This document shows positions 50,090 through 62,630 of a DNA stretch of 64,000 bases, one piece after another (positions within the stretch are counted from its first letter, which is position 1; the number at the start of each line of letters is the position of its first letter). Source of the DNA: Camelus ferus. Its lineage: Eukaryota. The notes below the pieces were generated by a model. It searched no databases, was not told the DNA's origin, and saw nothing but the letters and a program-made list of their open reading frames with translations. Location: assembly GCF_009834535.1 (NCBI RefSeq), contig NC_045696.1, forward strand, positions 46,130,001-46,194,000, in the 5' to 3' direction. Made by a program: the position numbers and the translations under genes.

Positions 50090-51990
50090 CAGATTTAACC
50101 TTTCTTCCAGAATGATCTGAAGTTCTACTGGCAACATGAACAGCTAAAACAATTTTGAAAAAGAACAAAGTTGGAGGTCTTACACCTACCTAATTTAAAC
50201 TATAAAGTACTTTAAAGTATTGTACTATACAGTTACAATAATCAAGAAAGTGTGGTATAAGCATAAGTAGAGGCATAGAGATAGATGCAACAGAACTGAG
50301 AATACAGAAAGAATCCTTACCTTTATATTCACCAGTTTTCTTTGCAAAAAGATATTCTCTTCAACAAGTGGTGGTGGGACAATTGAATACATTTAAAAAT
50401 ATGAACCATTTACTAATACCGTTAATTAAGTCAATTAGCCTGCTCTCACATAAATAAGTGAAGAATGAATCATGGACATAAAAAACTAAAACTATGAATC
50501 TCCTAGAAAAAAGAACAGGAGAAAAATTTCTGTGACACTGATTAGGCAAAAAGTTCCTAACTATGATACAACAGTCAGAAGTTACAACTGAAAAATAAGA
50601 CTGATGAATTGAAATTCCATAACATTCAAAACCTTTTGTGCTTAAAATGCATCATTAAGAAAATAGGTTGTCCCACAGACCAGGAGAAAATATTTGCAAA
50701 TGATATATCTCATAAAGGATTGTACTGAGAATATATTAAAACCCCTTCAATTCAGTAAGAAAAATATACACAACCAAATATAAAAATAGACTTGAATAGA
50801 CATTTCATCAAAGAAAACAAATTAAAAACATAGTAAGATACCACTGCACTTCCACTAGAAGAGATAAATCTAAAATACAGACAAGTGTAGGTGAGGGCAT
50901 AGAGAAATTCAAACCTTCATACGCTGTTGGTGGGAATGTAAAATAGTACAGCCACTTTGGAAATAAGTTGGGTAATGTCTTTTTGTAAAAATTTAAACAT
51001 AAACTTATCATACGACCTAGCAAATCCAGTCTAGGTATCTACCCACAAGAAATGAAAACATGTCTCCAACATCAGATGAACGGATAAAGAAGATGTAGTA
51101 TATATGTACAATGGAATACTACTCAGAGGTAAAAAGGAGTGAAATTTTGCCATTTGCAACAATGATGGATTTGGAGGGTATTATACCAAGTGAAATAAGT
51201 CAGGAAAAGACAAATATGATATGATATCACTTATATGTGGAATCTAAAAAATAAAACAAAATAGTGAACATAGCAAAAAAGAAACAACTCTTTGATACAG
51301 AGGACAAATTAGTGATTACCGGTGGGGAAAAGGATGGGGGAGGGGCAAAATAGGGGCAGAGGATTAAGAGGTAGAAACTACTATGTCTAAAATAAACTAT
51401 AAGGATATATTGTACAGTACTGGGAATACAGCTGATATTTTATAACAAATATAAATGGAAAATAACCTGTAAGAATTGTGAATCACTTTGTTGTACATCT
51501 GAAATGTATATAATATTGTATATCAACAATAAAAAAATGTTTAACTAACTGACCTAAAGAAAAAAGAAATGAAAACATGTCCATACAAAGATTTGTACAT
51601 GAAAGTTTATAGTAGTATTATTCATAATATCCAACAATTGGTGATGGATAAACAAAATGTGTATCTATACAATGGAATACTATTCAGCAATAAAAAATAA
51701 CAAATATTTATATATTCTGCAAACTAGACAAACCTCAATAACATTATGCAAATTGAAAGAAGCCAGGTATAAAATAATATATATTGTATGGTTCCATTTA
51801 TATAAAATGTCCAAACAGGACTAATTTATAGAGTTAGAAAGCAGATCAGATGTTATCTGAGACTAGAGGAAGTGAGGATTGTCTCAAATGATTGACTTTA
51901 AATGGGCCCAAAGGAATTTTAAGGGGTGACAGAAATGTTCTAAAATGGAATTAGGGTAATTGTTAACACAACTCTATAAATTTACTTTAA
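50090..51990 (+). mobile_element. Old L1 ORF2 end and 3' UTR (L1MB/MC-like), host of a nested L1
   Basis: ctaaaacaattttgaaaaagaacaaagttggagg..., gctgttggtgggaatgtaaaatagtacagccactttgg, L1M 3' UTR to ~51990. Confidence 0.85.
51065..51563 (+). mobile_element. Nested 5'-truncated L1 3' end (L1MA-like)
   Basis: Perfect 18-bp TSD aagaaatgaaaacatgtc (51047-51064 / 51564-51581). Confidence 0.9.
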
Positions 51991-52014
51991 AAAAAAGAGA
52001 GAGAGAGAGAATTA

Positions 52015-52290
52015 AGCTGAAGTCAGTTGTCCCATTGGAGTATCACAAACCAGTTTTAAAAATTTAGTCACTTCTTAGACTCAGAACCCATAGACCAAAG
52101 GAATGACTAGATAATCACGGAAAGTGCCCTGAACACAAAGGTAGTAATTGACCCACTTGTTCCCTAAAGGAATCTTGATTATTTATTTGGGTAAGTGTTC
52201 ATGGGGGAAAGAGGAAAGCCCAGTTCTTATGATGGCTCTAGAATACAAAGTTTGAATGAACACTGATACCTAGGGAACTGAAATGTTACA
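52015..52290 (+). mobile_element. Isolated ERV-L gag-end/protease fragment
   Basis: gactcagaacccatagac...gggtaagtgttcatgggggaaag...acactgatacctagggaac; resembles ERV-L pro and in part 29100-29220. Confidence 0.55.
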
Positions 52291-52300
52291 ATGTCTACAT

Positions 52301-52472
52301 TAGTGGTTCTCCAATCTTAGTGTATATTGTATCACCAAGAAAGCTTGTTAAAGCATAGATTCCTAACTCCTCTTCAACAGAAATATTCTGGTTCAGTGAG
52401 GTTCTAAATTTCTAATAAGCTCACAGGTGATAAAGAGGCTAAAGGTCCGCAGACCACACTTTCAGTGGCATT
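52301..52472. mobile_element. MER5A hAT-Charlie MITE
   Basis: agtggttctccaa...atcaccaagaaagcttgttaaa...tttctaataagctcacaggtga...ggtccgcagaccacacttt. Confidence 0.8.
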
Positions 52473-54109
52473 TGTTTACATGATATCATGATGGAAAACT
52501 TACTTTTAATCCACACGTGGTCTGAAATAACTACTGTCTTAGGAAAGCGGATTCTAGGGCAAGTACATGAATCACAAAATTACATAAACATGAAAATATA
52601 ACTCAATAATGGCATTTACATCAAAGTGCATGGAAATTACATCACTACCTACACTTAGTGAAGAATAACTATTTGTTCCCCTCCTTAAATTCGTCTCAAT
52701 CTTTTAGTTCAATCATTGGAACTCATTCTTTCTTGTAATTAAGAAAGATTATCCATTGTTTCCAATGAAATATATGAATGAACACAATGTACTAATATTT
52801 TATTAATATACTATGATCCATTGGTAAAAAGAACATGTTACATGGAAGATAGCCTGTTAACATAGAACTGAGCGCCACTAAAGATAGTATACTACTATAT
52901 ATAAATTCAATTAATCACTGGCCTATTATGATGATGATTAAGAACAAAAATACTCAGGCAATGTTCTTCAAGTACTCAATTAAACTCTAATCTAAACAAA
53001 CAACACACAGCCAGAATTCACCTAAAAGCTGTAAGAGAGTATCTCCACACCTGATCAATGCTTTAAATGTTGTCAAACAATGATGTGCTGCTTTTGTTCT
53101 CTGCCTTTACTGTTATTGTATGAAAATTCTTATTGTTATCATCAATTAAAATGCAACATTTCCTTCCAAGCATTGCTGGAGTCAGGAATGTGATGCAAAA
53201 ATTTGAATCACATCTCGGGTAATTGCTGGATTGTTGCCTTTAAAATAACATCTGTGTGTGTGTGTGTGTACGTACTTTATGCTGAAATATGTCAGCCCTA
53301 TTGCCAGAAGTTGATATTATTACAGCACATTTCATAGGTGTAACAGCTTTCAGAAGAATTCTTAGAGCATTTTACTTTTATCACAGGAAAAACTTCAGAA
53401 CATGCATGTGAATTCAAGACAAAGCTGTGCCTCTCAATGATAATTTCTCAACATACTGTTCCTGTTCTTACATTTACACCACTCAGATGACCAGGGGCAA
53501 GTATATATTCCTCGGCACTTTTTATCCCTCTAATAAACAGGATATTACCTGTCTCCTCACTGAAATATTGTGGGGCTACAGGAGCTAACACTATCATGAA
53601 ATTGCTTTATTTTCTGTTCAGAAACCTTGTCAATTTTTCTGTTTAAAATTTTGTTTATAAATGTGCTAGCAAGAATAGAGGCTTTGGAGAAAACATCAGT
53701 GCTGTGGATTTCTGTGAAAACACATTTTGGTACAACCCCAATTTGGCCAAGGGGATAATGAGTCACTCCTCCTCTGTGTACTCGTAGGTGGCCTCGGGGC
53801 AGTGGTCTAGACCAGAAGTACTGGGGCACAGAGAGAAGAGAACTCAGTCAGACTCTCCACCCCTTAGTACCTGACCTGACTTTCAAAAGCCCCTCAACAA
53901 GAGGTAAAGACCCGTAGGGAGAGGCCATATAAGGATATTTTCTCTGATGTGAAAGTCTGCTAACCTCCATCAATTAATCCAGCAAGGATGAAACCGTCCC
54001 ATGTGTTGCTGCTATTCCAACATCCACCTGTACTATAAATACATGACTTAACTCTAAAAAAGTGCCTCCTTTTGGCAGTCTTCTTATTTTTGTCATTTTT
54101 AAAAAAGAA

Positions 54110-54590
54110 GAGTTAGCTAGCTAATGGTATTATCAGGAAACACAACCCAAATACATTTGCGTGAAAAGAGTATTTCCTGAAGATCCTGGATCATGCCCCA
54201 GAATCAAAGAAAGAACAAAAGGAATGAGGGCTCCTTTGGGAACAGGGCCAGGACCAGGGATGAGATGTTGTCGGTCCTGTCTCTGCTTTCTCACTTTGCT
54301 CTGTTCTATTCAGCACTGCATGATGGTACGCCTGTCTCAGTATTTTCACGTGGCAGGTGACACAATCACATTTTCACAGCCTCTAAACACAGAGGAGAGA
54401 GATTTTTTTCTCTCTCAACTTCAGTTTAGAACATCCCAGAGGGCCCTGGCTAACATGGCCTAGGCCCCTTGCTGCTCCCTGGCCAGGTCACTGGTTGGCC
54501 ACAGTCAGGCTGGTTGTCTCCCTATGTGATCACACTGGGCCTGTGATGGTGTGACTGGCTGCCCCCAGCAAAACCACAGAGTACTGGCCC
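54110..54590 (-). mobile_element. Old MLT1 (J-L-like) LTR
   Basis: Diverged similarity: ggaacagggccaggaccaggga...tgtctctgctttctc. Confidence 0.4.
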
Positions 54591-54727
54591 CAAAGGAGCA
54601 GGGCACCAGGGCAGAGCAACACAACAGCACTCATTCCTGCTTCAGAACAGCTCCCTCAAGCTCTCAGCTCCAGGAAAGTTGTCTTCCCCATTTAGAAATG
54701 AGTAAGTAGAGTAAGACACAGGTTAAG

Positions 54728-54750
54728 ACACACAGACACACAGACACACA

Positions 54751-54794
<44 letters not shown>

Positions 54795-54801
54795 CACACA
54801 C
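54728..54801. repeat. (CACAGACA)n/(CA)n compound microsatellite
   Basis: Directly visible. Confidence 0.95.
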
Positions 54802-55884
54802 GGGAACAGTGGAACTGCAGTGCAGTCAAATCCTATTCATGACATTCAAACAACGTAACTTCTGAGGGTATCAATAAACAGGCCTGACGCAGCAATCTAT
54901 TATTGATATAGTTATGCTTTCAGAGATCTGGTTTTAGAAAAGCTGAGAATTTCAAATTGATTAATCAAATACCTGCTTTTGGAGAGGTCAGGGAAGACAG
55001 GAGAAAATTTCCAATACATCCTGGAACATGTCTAGGACGTCTCTAGAGACCCAGAAAGCAGAAACTAGATGCTGTTTTGACTATCTTTTATCTATGTTCT
55101 CAATGGCTCCCCTTTCTTTACCTTCCATCTCCAGAGAACAAGGAAAATTCTGTTGAGTTTAGCTCTCTGACAAATGATAAGTGGTTATTCAGTCAATTTT
55201 TTTTAGTTAATTAGGTGGCTTAATTAATGAATGATACAGGTTCATATTGAGACATCATTATAAGCCAGGAAAAATATTTTATTTTGTGTGTAGTTCTTGC
55301 AATATAAATGAGACAACTTTTTTATGAAAGGGAAAGAATCCTATTAGGATTTGAAGGCAAAGCTTATTAAAAAACACTTCAGGCTTTAGAAAATTAAATC
55401 ACATTAAGTGGATTATTAAACTATGTAAAATTATAAAAGCAGATATTAACTAACAGTGTCTTAATTGATTGGATATAACTCAGGTTGAAACAAAATTTTA
55501 AGAAGAGGTTTTGACCTGATGTAATTAGGGACAATCACATAATCTAAACATTAAAAATACTTAATTCTGTAAATTTACATACATCTGAATAATGCTACTT
55601 GTCCAGCCCAGGGTTCAGATGTTTTTCTAACATAAATTAGAATAACTTGACGATATTTGGGTTTTACAAATAATATAGGGACTAAACCATGGTACATAAT
55701 TTAGTATTAAATCACATAATCTTAAGGTATGTATACCTGATTTTTCACAGGAAGATACAAAACAACCTCTTAAGCAAACTTAAAACCATTATTTTAGAAG
55801 CATTTAGGACATAGTGGACATGTGTCATGGTCAGATAATACACATGAGTTTTCAGATACTAAATTCCGTCCTTTTATTTTAGAG

Positions 55885-56090
55885 AGGCCAGGACTAGATG
55901 CAATATGACATAGGGAAATAACACTGGCCTACGAGTCAGGATGTCTGGACTTCAGTAATTTCCACGACCAAAGAGCCAGGTGTCCTTGAATGAGTCACAA
56001 AACCTCTTTAGGGCTTAGTTGTTTTTGTAAAATAAAAGGATTTGATAGATGGCCTTAAAGTCCCTTCCAGCTCTATAATTCCATGACTCC
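55885..56090 (+). mobile_element. MIR3/MIRc SINE
   Basis: gagtcaggatgtctggacttc...gtccttgaatgagtcacaaaacctct...aaagtcccttccagctcta. Confidence 0.7.
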
Positions 56091-56893
56091 ATATATGTTA
56101 ATGTTCTTGGCACAGTGCTGAATAATTCAAAATAAGTTACTATCTCTCCATTCTTTCTTCTTTTCTTTCCTTTTTCTCTCAACCCTTTTCATGAATCCAA
56201 CCACGTTCTCAACACATAATTATATCTGTATCTTCAGTACCTAGCACACAGACTGGCCAAAATCGCAGTCTATAAAAAGGGCTGTTTATCTTCAAGAAAC
56301 TCAATCTGATAGAGCAAACATATAAACAAATTGCATTACTGTGATTCTAGTTCAAAAATACATTAGTAATTTATATTCCTCACAAAGACAGTACAGCAAA
56401 GAGACCGATGACCTGTTCTTTAAGCTAGCCCAGAGAAACTTAATTAAGGAGGGAACATCTCAGTATCTGAAACATATTTTTTCAATGATTAGAAACTAGT
56501 CAGGCAGCAGAGGGAACAGAATGTTCACTGGAGCCGTGACAGAGTTGTGTGTTCTCCTTAGGTGCAGATACAACAATTTTAATTGTCATGAATTTTCTGT
56601 CCTTGAAAATCAGATTTCCTGTATATCCTCCTTTCTGAGTGATAGTTTATTAAACTTATAAATTGCTTATTGCAACTGAAATATTTATTTTACATTTAGT
56701 ACTTCTTGATTATTATATATCTTATACATATATCAAATATTATATTTTTATATATTATTTGGGAACTCTGTTCAGTTCCATTGATCAGTATGCTTATCCT
56801 TTAACAATAACCACTATAGCTCTATAACATATCATGATAGCTGATATAGCAAGTCCTACCACTTTATTTTTCTTCTTCAAGAATATCTTGTCT

Positions 56894-58368
56894 GTATAAA
56901 TCAATGGAATAGGATAGAAAGTCCAGAAATAAACCTATGTACTGTGGTCAATCCACGACAAAGGACGCAAGGATGTACAATGGAGAAAAGACAGTCTCTT
57001 CAATAAGTGGTACTAGGAAAACTGAACAGCTACATGCAAGAGAATGAAATTAGAACATTCTCTAACACCATTTACAAAAACAAACTCGAAATGGATTAAA
57101 GACCTAAATGTAAGACCAGATACGCTAAAATTCCTAAAGGGAAACATAGGCAGAACACTCTTTGGCATAAATTAAAGCAATATTTTTTTTTTCAAGCCAG
57201 CTCCTAGAGTATTGGAAATAAAAGCAAAAATAAACAAATGGGACCTAATTAAATTTAAAAGCTTTTGCACAGCAAAGGAAACCATAAACAAAACGAAAAG
57301 ACAACATACAGAATGGGACAAAATATTTGCAAATGACACAACCGACAAAGGACTAATTTCCAAAATATATAAACAGCCCACACAGCTTACTATCAAAAAA
57401 ACAAACAACCCAATCAAAAAATGGCAAAAGATCTAAATAGACATTTCTCCAAAGAAGACATCCAGATGGGCAACAGGCACATGAAAAGATGTTCAATATC
57501 TCTAATTATTAGAGAAATGCAAATCAAAACTACAATGAGATATCACCTCACACCAGTCAGAATGGCCATCTTTAAAAAAATCCACAAATAATAAATTCTG
57601 GAGAGGATGTGGAGAAAAACCTTCCTACAGTAAAGGTGGGAATGTAAATGGGTGCAGCCACTGTGAAGGACAATATGGAGGTTCCTTAAAAAACTAAAAA
57701 TAGACTTACTATATGATCAGCAATCCCACTCCTGAGCATATATCTGGAGAAAACTATAATTTGAAAAGACACATGTACACCAATGTTCACAGCAGCACTA
57801 TTTACAATGGCCAAGACATGGAAATAATCTAAATGTCCATTGACAGATGACTGGATTAAGAAGATGTGCTATAGATATATATTATTTATATATATATAAT
57901 ATATATAATGGAATATTACTCAGCGATAAAAAAGAATGTAATAATGCCATTTGCAGCAACATGGATGGACCTAGAGATTAACATATTAAGGGAAGTAAGT
58001 CAGACAAAGACAAATATCATATGATTTCACTTATATGTGTAATCTAAAGAAAAATAATAAAAAATTCCATTTACAAACCAAAAACAGACTCATGGACATA
58101 GAAAACAAACTATGGTTACCAAAAGGGTGGGGGAGGAATAAATTAGGAGTCTGGGATTAACAGATACACATTACTACATACAAAATAAACAACAAGGAAC
58201 TACTGTATAGCACAGGGAACTATATTAAATTTCTTATTAACATATAACAGAAAGAATCTGAAAAGAAAATATATATGTATGTATATGTATAACTGAATCA
58301 CTTTGCCATACACTTGAAGCTATTTTGTAAATGAACTATATGTCAATATAAACTAAAATTTAAAAAAG
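56894..58368 (+). mobile_element. 5'-truncated L1 (intermediate age) inserted into the minus L1
   Basis: ORF 57212-57436 [23 protein letters not shown]; 3' UTR and A tail; degenerate TSD aagaatatcttgtct / aaagatgtcttgtct. Confidence 0.92.
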
Positions 58369-59154
58369 AAAGATGTCTTGTCTATCTTTGGGGTTTTTCT
58401 GTTTCATATAAAATTTTAGTATCAGTTTGTCAAATTTCACTAAAACAAAACTGTTGAAATTTTTATTGGAATTTTATCAATTCTAAAGATTAATTTAAAA
58501 CACAAATCTTAATGATTTGAATCTTCCTATCCATGAAATACTATGCCTTTCCATTTATATAGGTCTTCTTTAATATCTTTCAACAAAGTTTTAAATAGTT
58601 TCTATTTGGTTTTGCCTATCTTTTGTTAGACTTGTTACGTTGTATTTATTTTTGTTGCTTTTATAAATAGTATTTTTAACACTTTCTATTTTTTCATGTA
58701 TTACCATGTTAGCTAGGATCTCTAGTACAATGTCAAGTAGAAATGTTGAAAATAGACAACCTCCTGACTTTAAATGAAATGCTAATACATTTTGCCATTA
58801 AGAATGTTTGCAGTTCATTTTTGAAAGATTCTTTACCAAAATTTAAAAATATTCTTTAATCCTATTTTTCTCAGTGTTTATAATGAATATCTGTTGACAT
58901 GTCAATGCTTTTTTTGCATTTACTGAAATAAAGTTAAATTTTAATCTATTACTGCAGCAAATTACATTCATTACATTACATGAATGATGTTTCTAATAAT
59001 AAACGCTCTTGCATATTTGGAAAAACCCAATTTGGTCACAATATGTTCTTTTTTTATACTTCACTGAACTTCATTTGCAAATAATTTGTTTAGAATTATT
59101 GCATCTGTGTTCATACCTGATATTGAAATGCAAATATGCTCCTTCATACAGTCT

Positions 59155-59680
59155 TTTCCAGTTATTTATTGCTGCAGAACAAGGTTCTCCCCAACATAGA
59201 GGCTTAAAACAACACTTACATTGTCTCCTGATTTTATTGGGTTGAAAACTTTGGCAGGGTTTTTTTTCAACTGGGAAAATTCTCAGTTCTTGTGGCACAA
59301 CTGGGATCACTCAGTGTATTCAGCTAGTGACTGGACTGGGCTGAAGTTTAAGACAAATTCATTTAAAAGTCTGGTGCCTTAACAGGGAAGGCTGGAATGT
59401 TAAGCTCAGCTGGGTTCCTCCAGATAGTATCAGGGCCTCTCCATGGTCTGTATAACAGGGTAGTCACACTACTTAATAGAGGCTCAGAGCTCCGAGAGAC
59501 CAACGCAGTACCTGTCAGTCCTTCTAAAAGCTAGGTCCACAACTGGAAACACAATTTCTGCTATCTGTCATCCTTTATTGATAAAACAGTCACAAGCAGT
59601 GAATATCACAGAGGAAAGGATATGAAGCCCTCATCCTGATGAAAAGAATGTGCATACACTTTTTTTTTAATCTACCACAA
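59155..59680 (-). mobile_element. MLT1 (H-like) LTR
   Basis: cagttatttattgctgcagaac...ggcttaaaacaaca...ends tttaatctaccaca. Confidence 0.7.
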
Positions 59681-59754
59681 TACCTGTTTATGATTTTGTT
59701 TCAAGGCCAAACTAGTTTATGAGTTTGAAATATTTCCTTTTTCTATTCCCAAGA

Positions 59755-59820
59755 AAACATTTAGTAGAATTGTAATCATCTCTCCTTAAACATTTAGTAG
59801 AATTGTAATCATCTCTCCTT
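59755..59820. repeat. Perfect 33-bp tandem duplication
   Basis: aaacatttagtagaattgtaatcatctctcctt x2. Confidence 0.97.
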
Positions 59821-62227
59821 AAATGCTTTATAGAAGTTTCCTTTAAAACCAGTTGTCCCTGTTTTCTTTCTTTTTTGTGAAGATAATGATCCAAAGATTA
59901 TTGAGGCTTTCCATTTCTTCTTGAATTGACTTTGGTAAGTCATTTTTCTAAGAAAGTTTGTCTAAGTTTTCAATAAATTGGCACAAAATTGTTCATTGTA
60001 TTCTATGTTAGTTTCTAAAATATTAATAAAGTCAACAAATTTTGGCTAGATTAATGACTTATATATATTATTATTAATAAAAACTATGGATAGTCATGCC
60101 CATTTTTATTAATAATACTATAAAAGATCTAACATCCATCTAGAATTGATACTCGCATGTGTTATCAAGTAGAGATTATCACTTTTGTCTATGTGGATAT
60201 GAGGTTCATCTACAGTATTTGTTGAAAGATCTCCCTTTTCACGCTGTCCAGTAATTCCTTCTTTATCACAAATCAAGCAGACATATATGTATGGGTTTGC
60301 TTCTGGGCACTGTTTGGTTACAGTGGTCTATTTATCCATCTTGTGCCAGCATCTATTATTGTAATTACTGTAACTTCCTAATTAGCTTAATATCAGAGAG
60401 AGCAAGTTCTCTCACCTTGTTCTTCTGGATAGCTGATTATTCTTGACTCTTGGCTCTTTGCATTGTTATATAAGCTTTAGAATGCACTTGTTGATTTCTA
60501 CATAAAAATCAGAATTTTCATTGGGATTGCACTGAATCCAGTCACTCATATTGGGGAGAACTGACATCTTTAAAATACTGACTCAAGCCATGAATATGGT
60601 ATATTCTTCCATTTATTTAGACTTTAAATTTTTTTCTCTCCTTATTTTTTATTGTTTTTTGAATAGTGGTCTTGCACAACTTTTGTCAGATTTATTCCTA
60701 GGTATTTGTTGTGTTCTTTTTAATGCTACTGCAATTGTTATTTTATTTCATTTTCTAACTCATTACTGATACATAAAAATATGTGATTTTTATATTGACT
60801 TTAGATGCAGCAAATCTGCTAAAATTATTTATTAGTTCTAATAATTTATTAGTGATTAGTCCAGATTTCTAAGTAGAAAATTATATTGTGCATGAATAAT
60901 GATATTTCCTTTCCAATTATAATATTTTAACTTCTTTTCCTGATTTATTGTACTGGCTAGGGCATATACTAAAATGTTGACTTAAAGTGATGATAGGTAA
61001 TACCCTTACATCGTTCTTATCTCAAAGAGAAACATTTCACCATTAAATATAATGCTTGCTATAGTTTGTTTTGTTTGTTTTGGACTATCCTGTATCAAAC
61101 TAGGTCAATAGTTTACATATTGCTTGATTCAGTTTCCTAACTGCACTTCCACAACTATGAGTCAGTTTGGCCTATAATTTTCATTTTTGAAACCTCGTAA
61201 AATTTTTATTATAAAAATTATACTGGCCTCGTAAAGTAAGCTGGGAGTGTTTCTTCCTATTTTGTTCTCCAGGAAAAATAATAAATTTATAATAAAACAA
61301 GCATTTTTTTCTTAAATATTTTTTTAAAATTCACTGGCAAATATCTTTATTCAAGAATATTCAAATTTTCTACTTTTTCTTGTATCAGTTTTAATGTTAT
61401 ATTTTTCTAAAACTTTGTTAATTTTATGTAAAGTTTCAAATTAATTGGCATAGAAACAGGAAGTACAGAAATGTCACCTTTTTATTTCCAATGTTAAGTA
61501 TTTCTGCCTTCTCCACTCTGTCTTTTTTTTGCCTTAATCAGTCTCATAATAGGTTTGTCAATTTTATTTTTCTTCCCAATGTACCACTTCTTGGTTTTGT
61601 TGATCTATAAAATTTTTTCAAAAATCTACCACTGATTTATTTTCTTTAATATTTCTATCCTCTCTCTACTCTCTTCAAGGTTTGCTGTTTTTTTTCTAAC
61701 TTCCTGAAATAGATGCTTAACTCAGTTAACCTTTCTTCTCTTCTAATAGATGCATTTAAAACTAAAAAATTTCTCTTTCAGCATAGCTCCATAACATGAG
61801 CTTGCCAGGTTGTATTTTTTTTTAACATTTAAAAATGTTTCCTAATTCCTATTGTGATTTCTTCCTTGACTCACAGATTATTTAGAAGCATATTGCTTGT
61901 TTTCCAAACATTTAGGGGATTTTCTACTTATCTTATTGACTTTTATCTTAATTCCACTATGGTCAGTAAGCATATCCTATTTTATGTTTATCCCTTTAAA
62001 AAATATGTTGAGACATGCTTTCTGGCCTAGCACATATTAAATTTTAGTAAACTTACTCTGATCACAAAGAATCAAGCTAAAAATATCACCATTCAGTGTT
62101 GCTTTTTTTTTTTTCCAGTGTTACTTTTACTTACCTTTTTTGAGTAACTGACTATTTTAGTTATACACTCTTTATTGTTCTTTTTTATTGGGGTGGAGAG
62201 TTATCCTGAGGTATTAAAACATGGATT

Positions 62228-62630
62228 TTCCCCTCTTTATCCTTTTAAAAATATATTCCTTTTCATATTCTTTTTTATTATAGGCTATTATAAGGTATTA
62301 AATATAGTCCCCTATGCTATACAGTAGGACCTTGTTGTTTATCTATTTTATATATAGTAGTTTGTATCTGCAAATGCTTAAATCCCAATTTGTCCTTCCC
62401 CATTCTCTTTTTCCCAGTAACCCTAAGTTTGTTTTCTATGTCTATGAGTCTGTCTCTGTTTTGTAAATAAGTTCATTTGTGTCCTTTTTTTAGATTCCAC
62501 ATACAAGTGACATCATATGATATTTTTCTTTCTCTTTCTGGCTCATTTCACTTGGTATGATGATCTCCAAGTCCAACCATGTTGCTGCAAATGGCATTAT
62601 TTTATTCTTTTCATGGCTGAGTAGTATTCC
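62228..62630 (-). mobile_element. Lineage-specific L1 3' UTR fragment
   Basis: Reverse of the 3' UTR type seen at 10800-11170; TSD attaaaacatggatt (62213-62227) / attaaaacacagatt (62631-62645). Confidence 0.9.

Noticed and set aside
53550..53638. Minus-strand AG...GTAATA exon-like segment
   Set aside because: Stops in all three frames; no further support.
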